This document shows, piece by piece, positions 1 through 12,565 of a stretch of 64,000 nt of DNA. Source of the stretch: Hemiscyllium ocellatum (lineage: Eukaryota); assembly GCF_020745735.1 (NCBI RefSeq), contig NC_083418.1, forward strand, positions 49,617,776 through 49,681,775, written 5' to 3'. The notes beneath the pieces are model-generated. The model saw only the letters and a list, made by a program, of their open reading frames with translations, was not told where the DNA came from and made no database searches. How positions within the stretch are numbered: position 1 is the stretch's first letter; each line of letters starts with the position of its first letter. The position numbers were made by a program, and so were the translations under genes.

Positions 1-431
1 GTTAATTATAACTGAAAGGAAAATAAAACCAAGTTTTTAATTTTTTTTAAAAGATTCTGTCAAAAAATAGCTGAAAGAAATATGCAACCCTTTTCCGAGC
101 AATATCCTTCACAGACACCGACTCAGGGAAGTATCACTCCTACAATCCCTTTAAAACTTAAAAACTAACCTGACAAAGATGCAAATAAAGCCTTTAGGTG
201 TCTCTGTGCTTATTCACTGAATGTCATTCTCTCCATTCTTCTCCAAGACACAGGGACAGGTTAACTGACCGACTTTGCTGTGACCTCACTACTTGTCGCT
301 GCAAAATTGCTCAAGATTTAATTCCCGCTCAGATGGCCTGAATGTATTCATTGACAAAAAAAACTGTTCTTCTGGAATGGATCTTTTCTTATGGTCGCAA
401 TCTGCTCAATCTTCAGTCTCCACTGAATGCT

Positions 432-726
432 TTAGATTACTTACAGTGTGGAAACAAGCCCTTCGGCCCAACAAGTCCACACCGACCCACTGAAGAGCAA
501 CCCACCCAGACCCATTTCCCTACATTTACCCATTCACCTAACACTACGGGCAATTTAGCATGGCCAATTCACCTAACCTACACATCTTTGAATTGTGGGA
601 GGAAACCCACACAGACACACAGAGAATGTGCAAATTCCACACAGACGGTTGCCCGAAGTGGGAATTGAACCCAGGTCTCTGACACTGTGAGGCAGCAGTG
701 CTAACCACTGTGCCACTGTGCCACCC
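432..726 (-). mobile_element. HE1-type tRNA-derived shark SINE
   Basis: Reverse complement reads GGGTGGCACAGTGGCACAGTGGTTAGCACTGCTGCCTCACAG...GGTTCAATTCC (tRNA-like A/B boxes), a TTGGCCATGCTAAATTGCCC core and a CR1-like tail ending ACTGTAAGTAATCTAA. Confidence 0.9.
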
Positions 727-739
727 ACTTTCCCTTACT

Positions 740-2480
740 GTATCCTCCCTTCCCATTTGAAGTAATTTTGCTTCTAATCAGTAGGCTCCTCCACAGCCTC
801 TGTCATTTTTCTGTCTGTTCTGTAAGCTTATAACCCAGAATATTTTGTTCCCATCCTGACCATCACACAGGAGGAGAAAGTGAGGTCTGCAGATGCTGGA
901 GATCAGAGCTGAAAATGTGTTGCTGGAAAAGCGCAGCAGGTCAGGCAGCATCCAAGGAACAAGAAATTCGATGTTTCGGGCATAAGCCCTTCTTCAGGAA
1001 TGAGAAAAGTGTGTCCACCAGGCTAAGATAAAAGGTAGGGAGGAGGGACTTGGTGGAGGGCGATGGAGATGTGATAGGTGGAAGGAGGTCAAGGTGAGGG
1101 TGATAGGCCGGAGTGGGGTGGGGGGGTGAAGAGGTCAGGAAGAAGATTGCAGGTTAGGAAGGCGGTGCTGAGTTCGAGGGATTCAACTGAGACAAGGTGG
1201 GGGAGGGGAAATGTGGAAACTGGAGAAATCTGAGTTCATCCCTTGTGGTTGGAGGGTTCCCAGGTGGAAGGTGAGGCCTCATCTTCCGCTTGGGAACCCT
1301 CCAACCACAAGGGATGAACTTAGATTTCTCCAGTTTCCTCATTTCCCCTCCCCCACCTTGTCTCAGTTGAATCCCTCGAACTCAGCACCGCCTTCCTAAC
1401 CTGCAATCTTCTTCCTGACCTCTTCGCCCCACCACCCCACTCCGGCCTATCACCCTCACCTTGACCTCCTTCCACCTATCACATCTCCATCGCCCTCCAC
1501 CAAGTCCCTCCTCCCTACCTTTTATCTTAGCCTGCTGGACACACTTTCCTCATTCCTGAAGAAGGGCTTATGCCCGAAACATCGAATTTCTTGTTCCTTG
1601 GATGCTGCCTGACCATCACACAGCCATGTCTCAGTCATGACCATTACATCATAACTACAGTTTGTATCTGTGCCTGCAGCTTGTTTAACTTATTCCTTAT
1701 TCTCAGTGTATTCAGATAATAAACTCTGATTTGGACCAAACCCTATAGCCTGTCCCTCAGCACTGATGCTTAAGTCACCTATTTATTATTTCAGTCTAAT
1801 GCAATTTAATGAGGAAACATCTTATAATATTGCCATTCGCTCTCATGCCTGAATTAGGATTCCTGACAGTTTCTTGGCTCTCTGTCATGTTCCTTGAATT
1901 AGAAACAGTAATAACTTCTTCCAAGCACACTGAATATTTTGAAATACCCATGACTACCCTATTTAGCCTTTCAGATAAGGCATTGATCCCAGGTTGGTTC
2001 AGGTACAGTCCATTCCAGTATTACAGGTCTTTTCTGTCCCAATACTGGGGTTAGTGCCCCATGAAATGAAATCCTTCTTTCCTCTGTCACTCCTTTAACC
2101 ATGTGTTTACTTCCATAATTTTCTTATGTCTACGTCAATTCGGACGTGGCATGGTTAATAATCCAGAAATTGTAACGCTTGAGGTTCAGTTTTTTTAATT
2201 TGCTCTGAATACCTGATATTCCCCAAACAGGAACCAGTGCCTGTGTTGGTCTCAACATGGACTACAACAACTGGATCCTCCTTGTCTCGTTCCAATATCC
2301 TTTCAAGCTGCTTTAAGATGTCTCTCACCTTGGCACCAGGCAGGCAACACACCAAGCGCAACTTTGCATCTTGCTGACAATGGATGCTATGCCCTTACTA
2401 TACAGCACACTACTATTATCACTTCTTGCTCCCCCTACTTGAGTAGCCTCTTGTACCATGGTGCAGTGGTCAGTTTGTCC
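740..2480 (-). mobile_element. Degraded CR1 LINE (ORF1 esterase and endonuclease N-terminal remnants), interrupted by a Penelope insert
   Basis: ORF 2155..2361(-) RLVCCLPGAKVRDI...DPVVVVHVETN is the CR1 ORF1 SGNH-esterase-like motif. Endonuclease-type sequence continues across the 871-1607 insertion. Confidence 0.75.
871..1607. mobile_element. Penelope-like element (PLE) fold-back insertion, ~680-bp palindrome centred at 1276/1277
   Basis: Arms ~937-1276 and 1277-~1613 are reverse complements (mirror ORFs 1154..1342- and 1211..1399+). Flanked by the direct repeat CCTGACCATCACACAG at 855-870 and 1608-1623. PLE terminus GGAGAAAGTGAGGTCTGCAGATGCTGG at 873. Confidence 0.9.
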
Positions 2481-3068
2481 ATCAGTTGGACCCTCTAGCA
2501 GCAGGTGATGGAGAGCACTGACCAACGGAACTGAGCACTTTGTTGTGAAATGCTCCACCAGCAGGTCATGACAGTGAGGGACGTGAGGTGGAGCAGTTAA
2601 ATGGAGTCTCACTGGGGAAAAAAAGACAAGGGGTCTTTGGTAAAAGTAGGAGAAGAGAGGCAAAAGCTCTCCTCAGCTCAAAATTATTCCACAGACATCC
2701 TTCCATGTAAATGCCATATATAGTTTCTTGCATATCCTTAATTATTTTCATGTTTGTAATTAACTGATACCTGTGGAATAAAGAACTCTGCTTCACCACC
2801 TTTCGGTCATCAGTAAATTCAAATTTCATATTACTTATGGTCATCTGCCTTACTAATGTCATGTATTAATTGGTGTCAAATGATGATTACCATTTCCCCT
2901 TGTAAAGTACCTTGGCTCATTTTACGGCTTTAAAGTGGTGTATTAATGGAAGTTGTTGCATTTTCTTCACAAGTGGTATTTCATTAGCTAACAGCACGAT
3001 TACTGGTCCTCCTTCTCCAGTCTGAGGTTTACACTGTTGACACTGTTATTTACTTTGCATGAATATAG

Positions 3069-3197
3069 AAACAGAGGAAATCCGCACAGACAAAGACAGC
3101 CATGAGGACAGGACAATGCAGGTCACTGATCGCAGAACCCAAGATCAGTTGCAAGATGAACATAACCAGGAAGCTGAAGGTGGAATTAATCAAGAAG
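3069..3197 (+). CDS. Internal coding exon R1 (129 nt, phase 1-1) of an unidentified acidic-repeat protein
   Basis: tag|AA ACA GAG...CAA GAA G|gtaata. Open frame (E)TEEIRTDKDSHEDRTMQVTDRRTQDQLQDEHNQEAEGGINQE. Six copies keep length, frame and splice sites. Confidence 0.72.
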
Positions 3198-3522
3198 GTA
3201 ATAACCTCAGGATGGTTTTTAAAAAAATTGTCATATAATTTTGAGATACAGGAAAGGAGTACAGTAACATGACTCTATTTAAAACTGTAAGGGGAAGGTA
3301 GAAAATAGCCTGGGAGAGATACTTGAACTGAAAATTATTTTAAATTTATATAGCAAATGTCTCTCAGATCTACTTATGTGCAGTATTTAAGATGTTCGAG
3401 ATTTTCAACTTTCCAAGAATATCTTTGATGAATGCAACTTGAAATTCAATGGCGTTTTATTGTTTGCATTTCCAACAGTTCATTCCAAGTCTCCCCCAAA
3501 TTACTTGCCTAGCACACTGACA

Positions 3523-6050
3523 CTCATAGAGTTACGGAGCTGTATAGCATGGAAACAGTTTGTTTGGTCCAATTCACCCATGCTCACCAGATTTCCTGAA
3601 TTATTCTCATCCCATTTGCCAGCACTTGGCCCATGTCCCTCCTAACCCTTCCTATTCATATACCCGTCCAGATGCCTTTTAAATGGTTGTAATTGTACCA
3701 GCCTCCACCACCTCCTCTACCAGCTCATTCCATACACTTACCACTCTCTGCGTGAACAAGTTGACTCTTAGGTCCTTTTTAAATCATTTCACCTTAATCT
3801 GATGCCCTCAAGTTTAGGATCCCTCCAACCCAGGAAAAAAGATCTTGGCTTTGCACTCTATCCATGCCACTCATGAGTTTATAAACCTTTAGAAGGTTAC
3901 CTCTCACCCTCCGACACTCCAGGGAAAATAGCCCCAGCCTCTACACCCTTTCCCTTTTGCTAAAAAGCCTCCAACCCCAACAACATCCTTATAAATCTTT
4001 TCTTAACCCTTACAAGTTTCACAAAATACTTCCCATACAAGAGGTAGATCAGACTTGAATGCAATATTCCAAAGGTGATCTCAAAAATACAGCTAAAGCA
4101 TGACCTCCCAACTCCTGTACTATGTACTGACCATAAAGGCAAGCATACCAAATGCCTTCTTCACTATCCTGTCTTGTATGATTCCACTTTCAGGGAACTA
4201 TGAATCTGTGATTCCAAGGTCTGTTTGTTCAGCAATGCTCCTCAGGACCTTGCCATTAAGTGTAGAGGTCCTGCCCTGATTTGCCTTATCAAAATGTAGC
4301 ATTGCGCATTTGTCTGAATTACATTCCATCTGCCACTCCTTGGCCCATTGGCCTATCTGATCAATGTTCTATTGTACTATGAGGTAACCTTCTTCGCTGT
4401 CCACTACACCTTCAATTTTGGTGTCATCTGCAAACTTACTAACCATACTTCCTGTGTTCAGATGCAAATAATTTTAAAAATAACGAAAAGTAGTGGACCC
4501 AGCATTAACTCTTGTGGTACACCGCTGATCACAGGCCTACAGTCTGAAACGCAACCCTCCACCACCACTTTCTATCTTCAGTTGTCAAGCCAGTTCTGTA
4601 TCCAAATGGCTAGTTCTCCCTGTATTCCATGTCATCTAATCCTGCTAATCATTCTACCATGAGGAACCTTGTCAAGCGCCTAATTGAAATCCATATAGAT
4701 CACGTGCACCACCGTCATCAATCCTCTTTGTTACTTCTTCAGAAAATTGCATCAAATTAGGGAGATATGATTTTCCATGCACAAAGCCATGTTGACTATC
4801 CCTAATCAATCTTTGCCTTTCCGAATACATGTAAGTCCTGTCCCTCAGGTTTCCCTCCAACACCTTGCCTACCACCAATGTCAGGCTCAATGCCAATAGC
4901 TCCATGGCTTCTCCTGACCACCTTTCTTAAATAGTGGCACCAGGTTTGTCAACCTCCTGTCTTCTGTCACCTCACTTGTGACTATCGATGATACAAATAT
5001 CTCAGCAAGGGACCCTGCAATCACTTCCATAGCTTCCCACAGAATTCTCGGGTACACCTGACCAGGTTTGGGGATTTATTCACCTTTGTGCGTTTTAAGA
5101 TGTCTAGCACCACCTCCTCTGTATTATGGACATTTTTCAAGAATTTTCAATATTTATAGCCCCATTTTCTCTTTCATATCCTTCTCCACAGTAAAAGACT
5201 CATTTAGTATCTCCCTCATCTCTTGCAGTTCCAGACATAGCTGGCCTTGCTGATTTTTCAGGGGCCATGTTGTCTCCCTAGTTACTCTTTCATATTTTAT
5301 GGAATCCCTTTGGATTCTCCTTAACCCGATTTGCCAAAGCTGTCTCATGTCCCCGCTTTCCCCTCCGCGTTTCCTCTCATAAGTTTTCTCTCCTGCCTTT
5401 ATAATCTTTAAGAGATTTGGTAGATCTCTGCTGTCAATGCTTGACACATGCTTCCTTCTTATTCTTGACCAAGACCTCAATTTCTCTCATCATCCAATAT
5501 TCCCTACACCTACTGGTCTTGCCTTTCACCCGAACAGGAACGTGACTCTCCTACACTACCTATCTTCCTCTCCTACCTTGCTTGGAGGAAACCCATCCAC
5601 CTGACTGTATCTTCGGTTTTTCTCTCATCCTCCAGTGGTCATCATTTCATCCTCCAGCTCCGATAAATTCCTTACTGCCTCAAACTGCTGCACCAACCAA
5701 TCCATGCAATGCAATAGGACTTGCGACCATGCACACTAACTGTAGACATACTCATCAGTAACATGGAACCTCTCCCTAATCTCCCACATCCAACAGGAAG
5801 GGCACATCACTCCACTGAAGGCCATTTGTGCACCTCAACAATCTTCAGACGCAGAAAAATAGCTGAATCATACTGCTCTAAAAAAACACTGCTCCAGGAT
5901 AACCTCTTACCTATTTTCATTATTTTAAAACTTTAATAACATAAAATCAAAACAGAACTCACTCTACTCAGTAATGTAGATTTACATAAACAAACAGTAA
6001 GGTTACACTTTCAAGAGCCACTTAGCTGCTTCCCTGCTGTGAGCTCCCCC
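3523..6050 (-). mobile_element. Degraded, internally deleted CR1 LINE (3' tail, RT, ORF1 and 5' remnants)
   Basis: Minus-strand ORFs ...VVGKVLEGNLRDR...IRDSQHGFVHGKS... and WPLKNQQGQLCLE are CR1 ORF2 motifs. CR1 3' tail starts CTCATAGAG at 3523. Confidence 0.9.
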
Positions 6051-6299
6051 ACATAGGTCTATACCAAATGGGGTTTAGCTTTCCAATCTAATTCCCCACC
6101 CACTCCCAGCACTGACACTTTAGATCCTTTTAAGCAGATTAGCTACAACTGCTTGATTCCAAATGGCCTGAGCTCCATAAGCACTTTGTGAATGATATTA
6201 TTGACATCATGGTTTTGATGGAATCCCGACTGAGGATGACAGCTTCCCGTTAATGAAGCCTCTCAAACTGTCGATGTTCTCCACTGCCATCTGGTGGCA

Positions 6300-8050
6300 G
6301 TGTAGTCCTTGTCGTATCTAACTCTGGCAGGTTCACCACTTGTAAATATCATTTTCCACCCCACTCAATTCTTATTTAAAATCCCCTTTCTATGGTTTCC
6401 AATTTTCGAACATACCATATTTCTCAAGGACATCATGATTATTTTCTTCCCTCAATTTCTCCCTTGAGCAACTTCTCCTCTTTGGTGATTTGAACTATTA
6501 TTTCAAATTATTATGGTCTCTCCCTTTTCTGAGTTCACCGCCGATCTACACTCACACTTTCGCCTTCATATAAACTACTCTAACACACATCCACCCTTAC
6601 CGTCGCTACTCCCATCTTCTCAGCTGTAAATAATGCCATCACTGATCATTTCCTTGTATCATTCTCAACTCACAATCCCTCTTTCAACCTTACTGTGTCT
6701 ATCTCAAGTCACTTGCAGTGATGTTATCAAATTCCCACTGCTTAGCTTTTGACCATCTATTCATCATGACATTTCTGAACGTGCAGATCTTCTCAGCCAT
6801 ACCCACAGCTCGAGGTGAGATGTCTTTGGCTGGATTGAAACCAACTATGCCCCATTTGTAACATGCCTCTTACCTCAGTTTCTTTAATTCGTAGGCCTGA
6901 TGGACACTTGGTTTAACAATTCACTACCTGGTGTGGTTGGACCATACAGAGCACTAGGTGATCCTGCTTTCTCTTGCACTGTGTAGACTGCATTTTAGGT
7001 ACATCCTAAAATTCAAAGATAACCTGTGGGTTCCTGTCACTGCAAAATGTCTGTTTAAACCATCACCCCCTTCTTCATTTTCACCTCCAGAAACATGTGC
7101 AAGACTTTCATAGTTATCTTTGGCATGGAGGTTGAGTCACAAGGATTTCCAGTGTGATTGTGACAAGGGTAAACAATCTCTCTTCCCTGATTTGCCGGCT
7201 GCCTTTGTCAGGATTGGACACACTATCTCCCTGTGCTCGCTCACACAACTGTGTGGGACTGAGGTCACTTGGTTTCATTTATGTCTGTCCATTTGTAGCC
7301 AGGGAGTCACCTACTTCTTCATGCTCCTATACTGTTATCTCTGGAGTTTCCCAAGGATCTATCATTATCCTCCTCCAGTTGTTTTTGTCTACAGCAACTT
7401 CATGCAAGAACTACTTTTACCGCTTTGTCACATTGATTGGTCAATACTAGAGGAGCAGAAATTTGCCCCAACTAAATATTGAGAAGTTTTGATTCCCTAG
7501 ACATCACCTCCAATCCTCTCTCTGATAACTGTCTCAAGCCGACATCAAGATAAGCTTTCCAAACATGCACTTCATCACCAAGGCTACCAACCTCTATATC
7601 TGAAACATTGTCCAAATCTTTCTCTATGTCAATTTGTTTGCTGCTAAAACACTCATCCATGCTTTTGTCACTCGTAGGGGTTGACTATTCTCTTGTACTT
7701 TCATCCAGCTTCCCATCTTCCACCCTCTTGAAATGTAAGCTCATATAAAATCTGAACCAGTCCATAACTCATACCAATGTCTGTTTGCCCATTACCCCAT
7801 TGCTTACTTTTGGCTGCAGGCCTGGTAATTTTCAAACCTGTTTCCACTTCCTCCCATTGTGACAATGCACCCTGTATTGTAAGCTCTCTCTGTCCGTTTT
7901 AGAGCTCCACCTTCTATCCATCTTGGAATCTTGCAAAACCTAGGAAATTGTTCTACCACTGATGGTTGTACCTTCAGTTGCCTAGATTCTAAGGTCGAAT
8001 ATTTTTGACATATTTCTCTCTGCCTCTACCTAACTCTTAAAATCCTTCTT
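6300..8050 (+). mobile_element. Old L2-clade LINE fragment (RT region)
   Basis: DCDKGKQSLFPDLPAAF..GHTI and TVISGVSQGSII correspond to the L2 motifs DCDKG..LLDLSAAFDTVDH and VTSGVPQGSILG. Confidence 0.7.
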
Positions 8051-8410
8051 AACTGCTTCATTCACCAAACTTGTGAGTGATGGACCCTCCAGCTTCAGGT
8101 CATGATGGTGTTGGAGAGCACTGAGCAAGAGAGCTCAGCAGGTTGTTGGGACATGCTCCATCAGCAGGTCATGACAGTGTGGGACATCAGCTGGAGCAGT
8201 GAAACAGAGTCTCTTTTGGGGGAAAAACAAGGTGTAAAAAGGGGAACAGATAGACAAAGGAATACTTCACCCCAATATATCCCCAAGGTTTCCTTCTATG
8301 TAAATGCTGCAAATCCTATCTTGTATATCCTTAACTGAGTTTCATGTGTGTAATTTCCTGACACCAGTGTTTACACAGTTGACACTGTTACCTACGTTGC
8401 ATGAATGTAG

Positions 8411-8539
8411 AAATACAGGAAATCCGCACAGGCAAAGACAGCCATGAGGACAGGACAATGCAGGTCACTGATCACCTCACCCAAGATCAGTTGCAAGATG
8501 AACATAACCAGGAAGCTGAAGGTGGAATTAATCAAGAAG
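8411..8539 (+). CDS. Internal coding exon R2 (129 nt, phase 1-1)
   Basis: tag|AA ATA CAG...GAA G|gtaata. (E)IQEIRTGKDSHEDRTMQVTDHLTQDQLQDEHNQEAEGGINQE. 7/129 differences from R1. Confidence 0.72.
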
Positions 8540-8841
8540 GTAATAATCTCAGGACGATTAAAAAAATTGCACAGTACAATTTGGAGATACAGTAACATCA
8601 CTCTGTTTAAAACTTTAATGCAAAAATAGTAGACAGTCTGGTAGAGATGCTTTGTGTCCGAATTATTTTAAATTCATAAAGTAAAACGCTCTCAAATTGA
8701 CAATATTTAAGATTTTCCAGATTTTCATCATTCCAAGAATATACGTGATGAATGCAACTTGAAATTCAATGGCATTTTCCTTTTGCATTTCCCACTGCTC
8801 AATCCAAGACTCTTCCAAATTTCTTGCCCAGCACACCTAGA

Positions 8842-9038
8842 CTCATAGAGTTATGGAGCTGTACAGCATGGATACAGACCATTTGGTCCAACTCATCCAT
8901 GCCGACCAGATATCCTGAATTATTCTCGTCCCATTTGTCATCATTTGGCCCATGTCCCTCTCAACCCTTCCTGGTCATATGTCCAATCTTTTAAGAGTTG
9001 TAATTGTACCAGCCTCCACAACTTCCTCTGACAGCTCA
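8842..9038 (-). mobile_element. CR1 3'-tail fragment containing the duplication junction
   Basis: Same CTCATAGAG start as the other R-unit CR1 copies. Truncated at 9038, where pre-exon sequence of R3 resumes. Confidence 0.85.
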
Positions 9039-9129
9039 CTTGTATATCCTTAATTGATTTTCATGTATGTAATTTCCTGACACCAGTGTTTACACTGTTG
9101 ACCCTGTTATTTACTTTGCATGAATGTAG

Positions 9130-9258
9130 AAACACAGGAAATCCACACAGGCAAAGACAGCCATGAGGACAGGACAATGCAGCTCACTGATCACCTCACC
9201 CAAGATCAGTTGCAAGATGAACATAACCAGGAAGCAGAAGGTGGAATTAAGCAAGAAG
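9130..9258 (+). CDS. Internal coding exon R3 (129 nt, phase 1-1)
   Basis: tag|AA ACA CAG...GAA G|gtaata. (E)TQEIHTGKDSHEDRTMQLTDHLTQDQLQDEHNQEAEGGIKQE. Confidence 0.72.
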
Positions 9259-10079
9259 GTAATAACTTCAGGACTATTAAAAAAATTGTACCATATAATT
9301 TGGAGACACAGCAAAGGAGTACAGTAACATGACTCTATTTACAACTTTAAAAGAAAGATATTCTGAGGGAGATACTTTAAGTTCGAATTAATTTAAATTT
9401 ACTTGTGTTTGGTATGTAAGATCTTCAAGATTTCATCATTCGAAGAATATCTGTGATGATTGCAGTGTTCCCGAAAGATCATCACCAATACCATGACAGT
9501 CTTCTCAACTCGCACCTTCAGAACTGTCAGGTGTAGTCCAACCGTCCTTCAGTTCACTTCTAGGTTCTGGTCATTCACCTTCCTGTTTTTATTTCATTTT
9601 GTTCCCCAAAACTAATACCTTAGCCATTTCCTAATTTTCTACTCCCAGTTTCTTTATTGATTTATTTTATGACACTTTACAGTCATTTAACACTTTACAG
9701 TCAACTAATAAACTTTGAGAGATGCCGGCAGGCAATGTTTGAATTCTTGCATAATCTATTGCATAATAATAATATTAATAATAATCATAATAACAGGCAG
9801 TCAAGCTAATGGGGTCTGTTAAAGGAGTTATTTTTTGCTTCTCTTCAGCCTGAGGATATTATTCACAATGGTGGGAAAAGAATGGTTTTCTTGAAGGAAT
9901 CAAAATTCCTGAACAGATTAATTTAGTCCCTGACAATCATTTTCTATAACATTTACTGGACTAATTCCAGTAAATATTGTGATAGTCCTTAAACTTTATC
10001 ATAGAAACTACAGTAGTTGTCTCTGCTGTTATTAATGTTGCTTTAAAGATTATTGCTTTCAGTGTGATCCTGCAATTTT

Positions 10080-10735
10080 GGAGAAAGTGAGGACTGCAGA
10101 TGCTGGAGATCAAAGATAAAAGATATGGCGCTTAAAAAGTACAGCCAGTCAGACAACATTCGAAGAACAGGAGAGTTGACGTTTTGAGCATAAGTCCTTC
10201 ATCGGAATGTGGAAATCTCAAGGGAGGGGAAGTGAAGCTGGGGAAGGTAACTAGGAAGGCATTAGGTGGATGAAGGTGGGTTGTGATTGTGATAGGTTGG
10301 AGTGCAGGATGGAGCAGATAGGTGGAAGGAAGATGGACAGTAGGACAATTCAAGAGTGTGGTGCTGAGTGGGAGGGCTGAATCTGTGATAAGATGGAGGG
10401 GGGGTGGGGATGAGATGTTCATCCTCCAGTCATCATGTTGCTAGGATTTGGTGGTGGAGGAGGACCAGGACTTGCATGTCCGCCCTCTTGAACTGTCTAA
10501 CCTGTCCAACTTCCTTCCCACCCATCCGCTGCCCTCTCCACTCTGACCTATCACATCACCCCCCACCTTTCTCCACCTATTGCATTCTAAGCTATCGTAC
10601 CACAGACCCTCCCTCCTCTGATTTATCACTCAGCCCCCTCGGAGCCCACCACATTCTCTGTGCTCAAAACGTTGCCTCTCCTGCTCTGCGGATGCTGCCT
10701 GACTGGCTGGGCTTTTCCAGTGCCACACTTTTTGA
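10080..10735. mobile_element. Older Penelope-like insertion with partial inverted arms
   Basis: PLE terminus GGAGAAAGTGAGGACTGCAGATGCTGG at 10080. A purine-rich arm is followed by its diverged pyrimidine-rich complement. Imperfect flanking repeat TGATCCTG(C)AATTTT. Confidence 0.7.
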
Positions 10736-11035
10736 TCCTGAATTTTGTACAATTAAAACAAATTAAGCATCATTGAACAGTGGCAAACAAATTAGCAATA
10801 GCAATTAGATAAAATATTTCACTTTAATATTTACAATACTTCAACGTTTGGTTCTGTGATATTATGCTTCATCAGTGAAAGACTTGAAATAAATGTTTTG
10901 TTGGAATGTTATCAGAATTTCATTGTAGATGGAAATTCAACGATAATGTAGAATGGTTTGCTTGTAAAAGTATCACATTAAGAATCCAAATCTTTGTCAG
11001 CTCACTAATATCAATATTCTCCATTGTTATTAAAG

Positions 11036-11107
11036 GATCACCATCACCTGAAGAAAGTGAAAATTATCGAAAATCAGTTCGTCACAGGGCTGCTGCCTTT
11101 GAACAAA
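11036..11107 (+). CDS. Internal coding exon S1 (72 nt, phase 1-1)
   Basis: taaag|GA TCA CCA...GAA CAA A|gtaagt (consensus donor). GSPSPEESENYRKSVRHRAAAFEQ. Phase-compatible with the R exons. Confidence 0.65.
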
Positions 11108-11732
11108 GTAAGTATTAATGCCAAAAACACAACTTCCATTCTTACTCAAGTATTCAGTCATATATTCTCCTACAATTAGCTTCCAAATAATCACAGCGTG
11201 CTCTTCAATTGTAAAGGAATTTACTAACTTTACCCAGCCTCAAAGCTTTGTGCAGTATCACAGAATAGACTACAGGACCATGTCAGAATTGCAAATGTAC
11301 TTGGGAAGTATTTGTGTTATTGTCAATAATGAAGAAAATTATTTCAAATACAAAAGAAAAATGATTACACATGCTGGAAACCTAAAATCAAAACAGGTCC
11401 AGTAATACACAGCAGGTAAGGTTAAATCTGTGGCAAGGAACAAAATTAATTTTAACAAATTAAGCATAATTGAACATTGGCAATCTAATTACTAATAACA
11501 ATTATATTAAAAGTTTCACTTTAATATGTACAATACTTCAATGTTTGGTTCTGCAACATTATAATGAGCAGTGAAAGACGTCAGATAAATGTTTTGTTGA
11601 AATGTTATCATAACTTCATTATAGAAGGAACTTCAACAATAGTTTTGAATCGTTTGCTTATAATAACATCACATTCAGAAAAATCCGAATCTTCGTCAGC
11701 TCGCAAATGTACATTTTTTGCAGTGAGTAAAG

Positions 11733-11795
11733 GACAACCAATACCGAAGAAAAATGAAAACAATATCGGTCAAGCAGTTACTTCCTCCAGAAGAA
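11733..11795 (+). CDS. Internal coding exon S2 (63 nt, phase 1-1; alternative acceptor at 11724 gives 72 nt, same frame)
   Basis: taaag|GA CAA CCA...AGA AGA A|gtaagt. GQPIPKKNENNIGQAVTSSRR. Paralogous position to S1. Confidence 0.62.
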
Positions 11796-12565
11796 GTAAG
11801 TATTCATGTCAAAAACATAACTTCCATTCTGACTTGTGTACTCAGTCATATATTCTATTACAACAAGCTTCCAAATAATCTCAGGGTGCATTTCAATTGG
11901 AAAGGAACTTGCAAACTATTCCTAGTCTCAAGGCTTTGTGCAGTATCACAGAATAGAATCCAATACCATATACTTGAGGAAGTATTTGTGTGATGGAAAG
12001 CATTGTCAACAATGGATAAAATTATTACAAACACAAAAGAAAATGAATACAGATGCTGGAAACCTAAAATAACCACAGGACAATCCAGAAACATTCAGCA
12101 GGTAAGGTTAAATCTGTGGTGAGGAACAAAATTAATTTTTAAGGTGAGGACATTTCACCTGTTCTAATGAAGGATCATTGGATCAAAGCACTCATTCTCG
12201 TTGTTTCCGTAGACATTAGACCAAAGCACTCGTCCTGTTTGTCTCCATAGAGATTGCTCAGTATTTCAAGCTGTTTTCATTATAGAAGTGTTTGTGGTGG
12301 CTTTGTTTGAGGAGAATACTTTTCACTGTAAGCAGAGACCATTCTCCTCATCCTCATGTTGATCTCAGGGAACTATTACACGCACCTGAGCAGTCAGATG
12401 GGTCCCTTGTTCAGTGCAAGTATTAAAAATCAGCATCTTCAACTCTAAGATATCCAAGAGTAAGATCTGCTGCAGCAAGATCACGAGGAGTCCCCATGTG
12501 AGTTATTGCAGTGCATTTTCTACAGGGTGCACACTGCTGCCACTGTATATTGGTGATGGAGGGAG

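Larger units (their letters stand above)
1..8926. repeat. Recent segmental duplication, copy A (left end beyond window)
   Basis: Near-identical to 19607-28552. Offset is 19606 at the start (GTTAATTATAACTG at 1 and 19607) and 19626 at the end after small indels. The ORF track repeats with the same offset. Identity ends after TATCCTGAATTATTCT inside a CR1 3' tail. Confidence 0.97.
10740..12135. repeat. Two tandem ~700-bp units, each carrying one S exon
   Basis: AATTAAGCAT(C/A)ATTGAACA... near 10761 and 11458. GCAGGTAAGGTTAAATCTGTGG near 11411 and 12098. About 80% identity by eye. Confidence 0.9.

Noticed and set aside
432-726. tRNA gene (A/B boxes) and ORFs 342..668 / 544..756
   Set aside because: This is the tRNA-derived head of an HE1 SINE; there is no complete cloverleaf and the ORFs are chance frames through the repeat.
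1154-1399. Two near-identical 62-aa proteins on opposite strands
   Set aside because: Mirror-image artefact of the palindrome (coordinates sum to 2553 = 1276 + 1277).
8090-8200. Extra exon in the segment conserved upstream of R1/R2 (also ~2480-2620)
   Set aside because: The phase-1 frame hits TGA, the donors (GTCATG) are poor, and the paralogous copies differ by frame-breaking indels.
8401-8595. Stand-alone small ORFs MNVEIQEIRT... (also 9120, 28015, 32001)
   Set aside because: The ATG is intronic, lies just upstream of the acceptor and reads through the donor; a spliced-exon model explains the conserved 129-nt core better.
9849-9930. Exon after the strong pyrimidine tract TTTTTTGCTTCTCTTCAG
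   Set aside because: No suitable donor, stops in the usable frames, and no paralog or homology.
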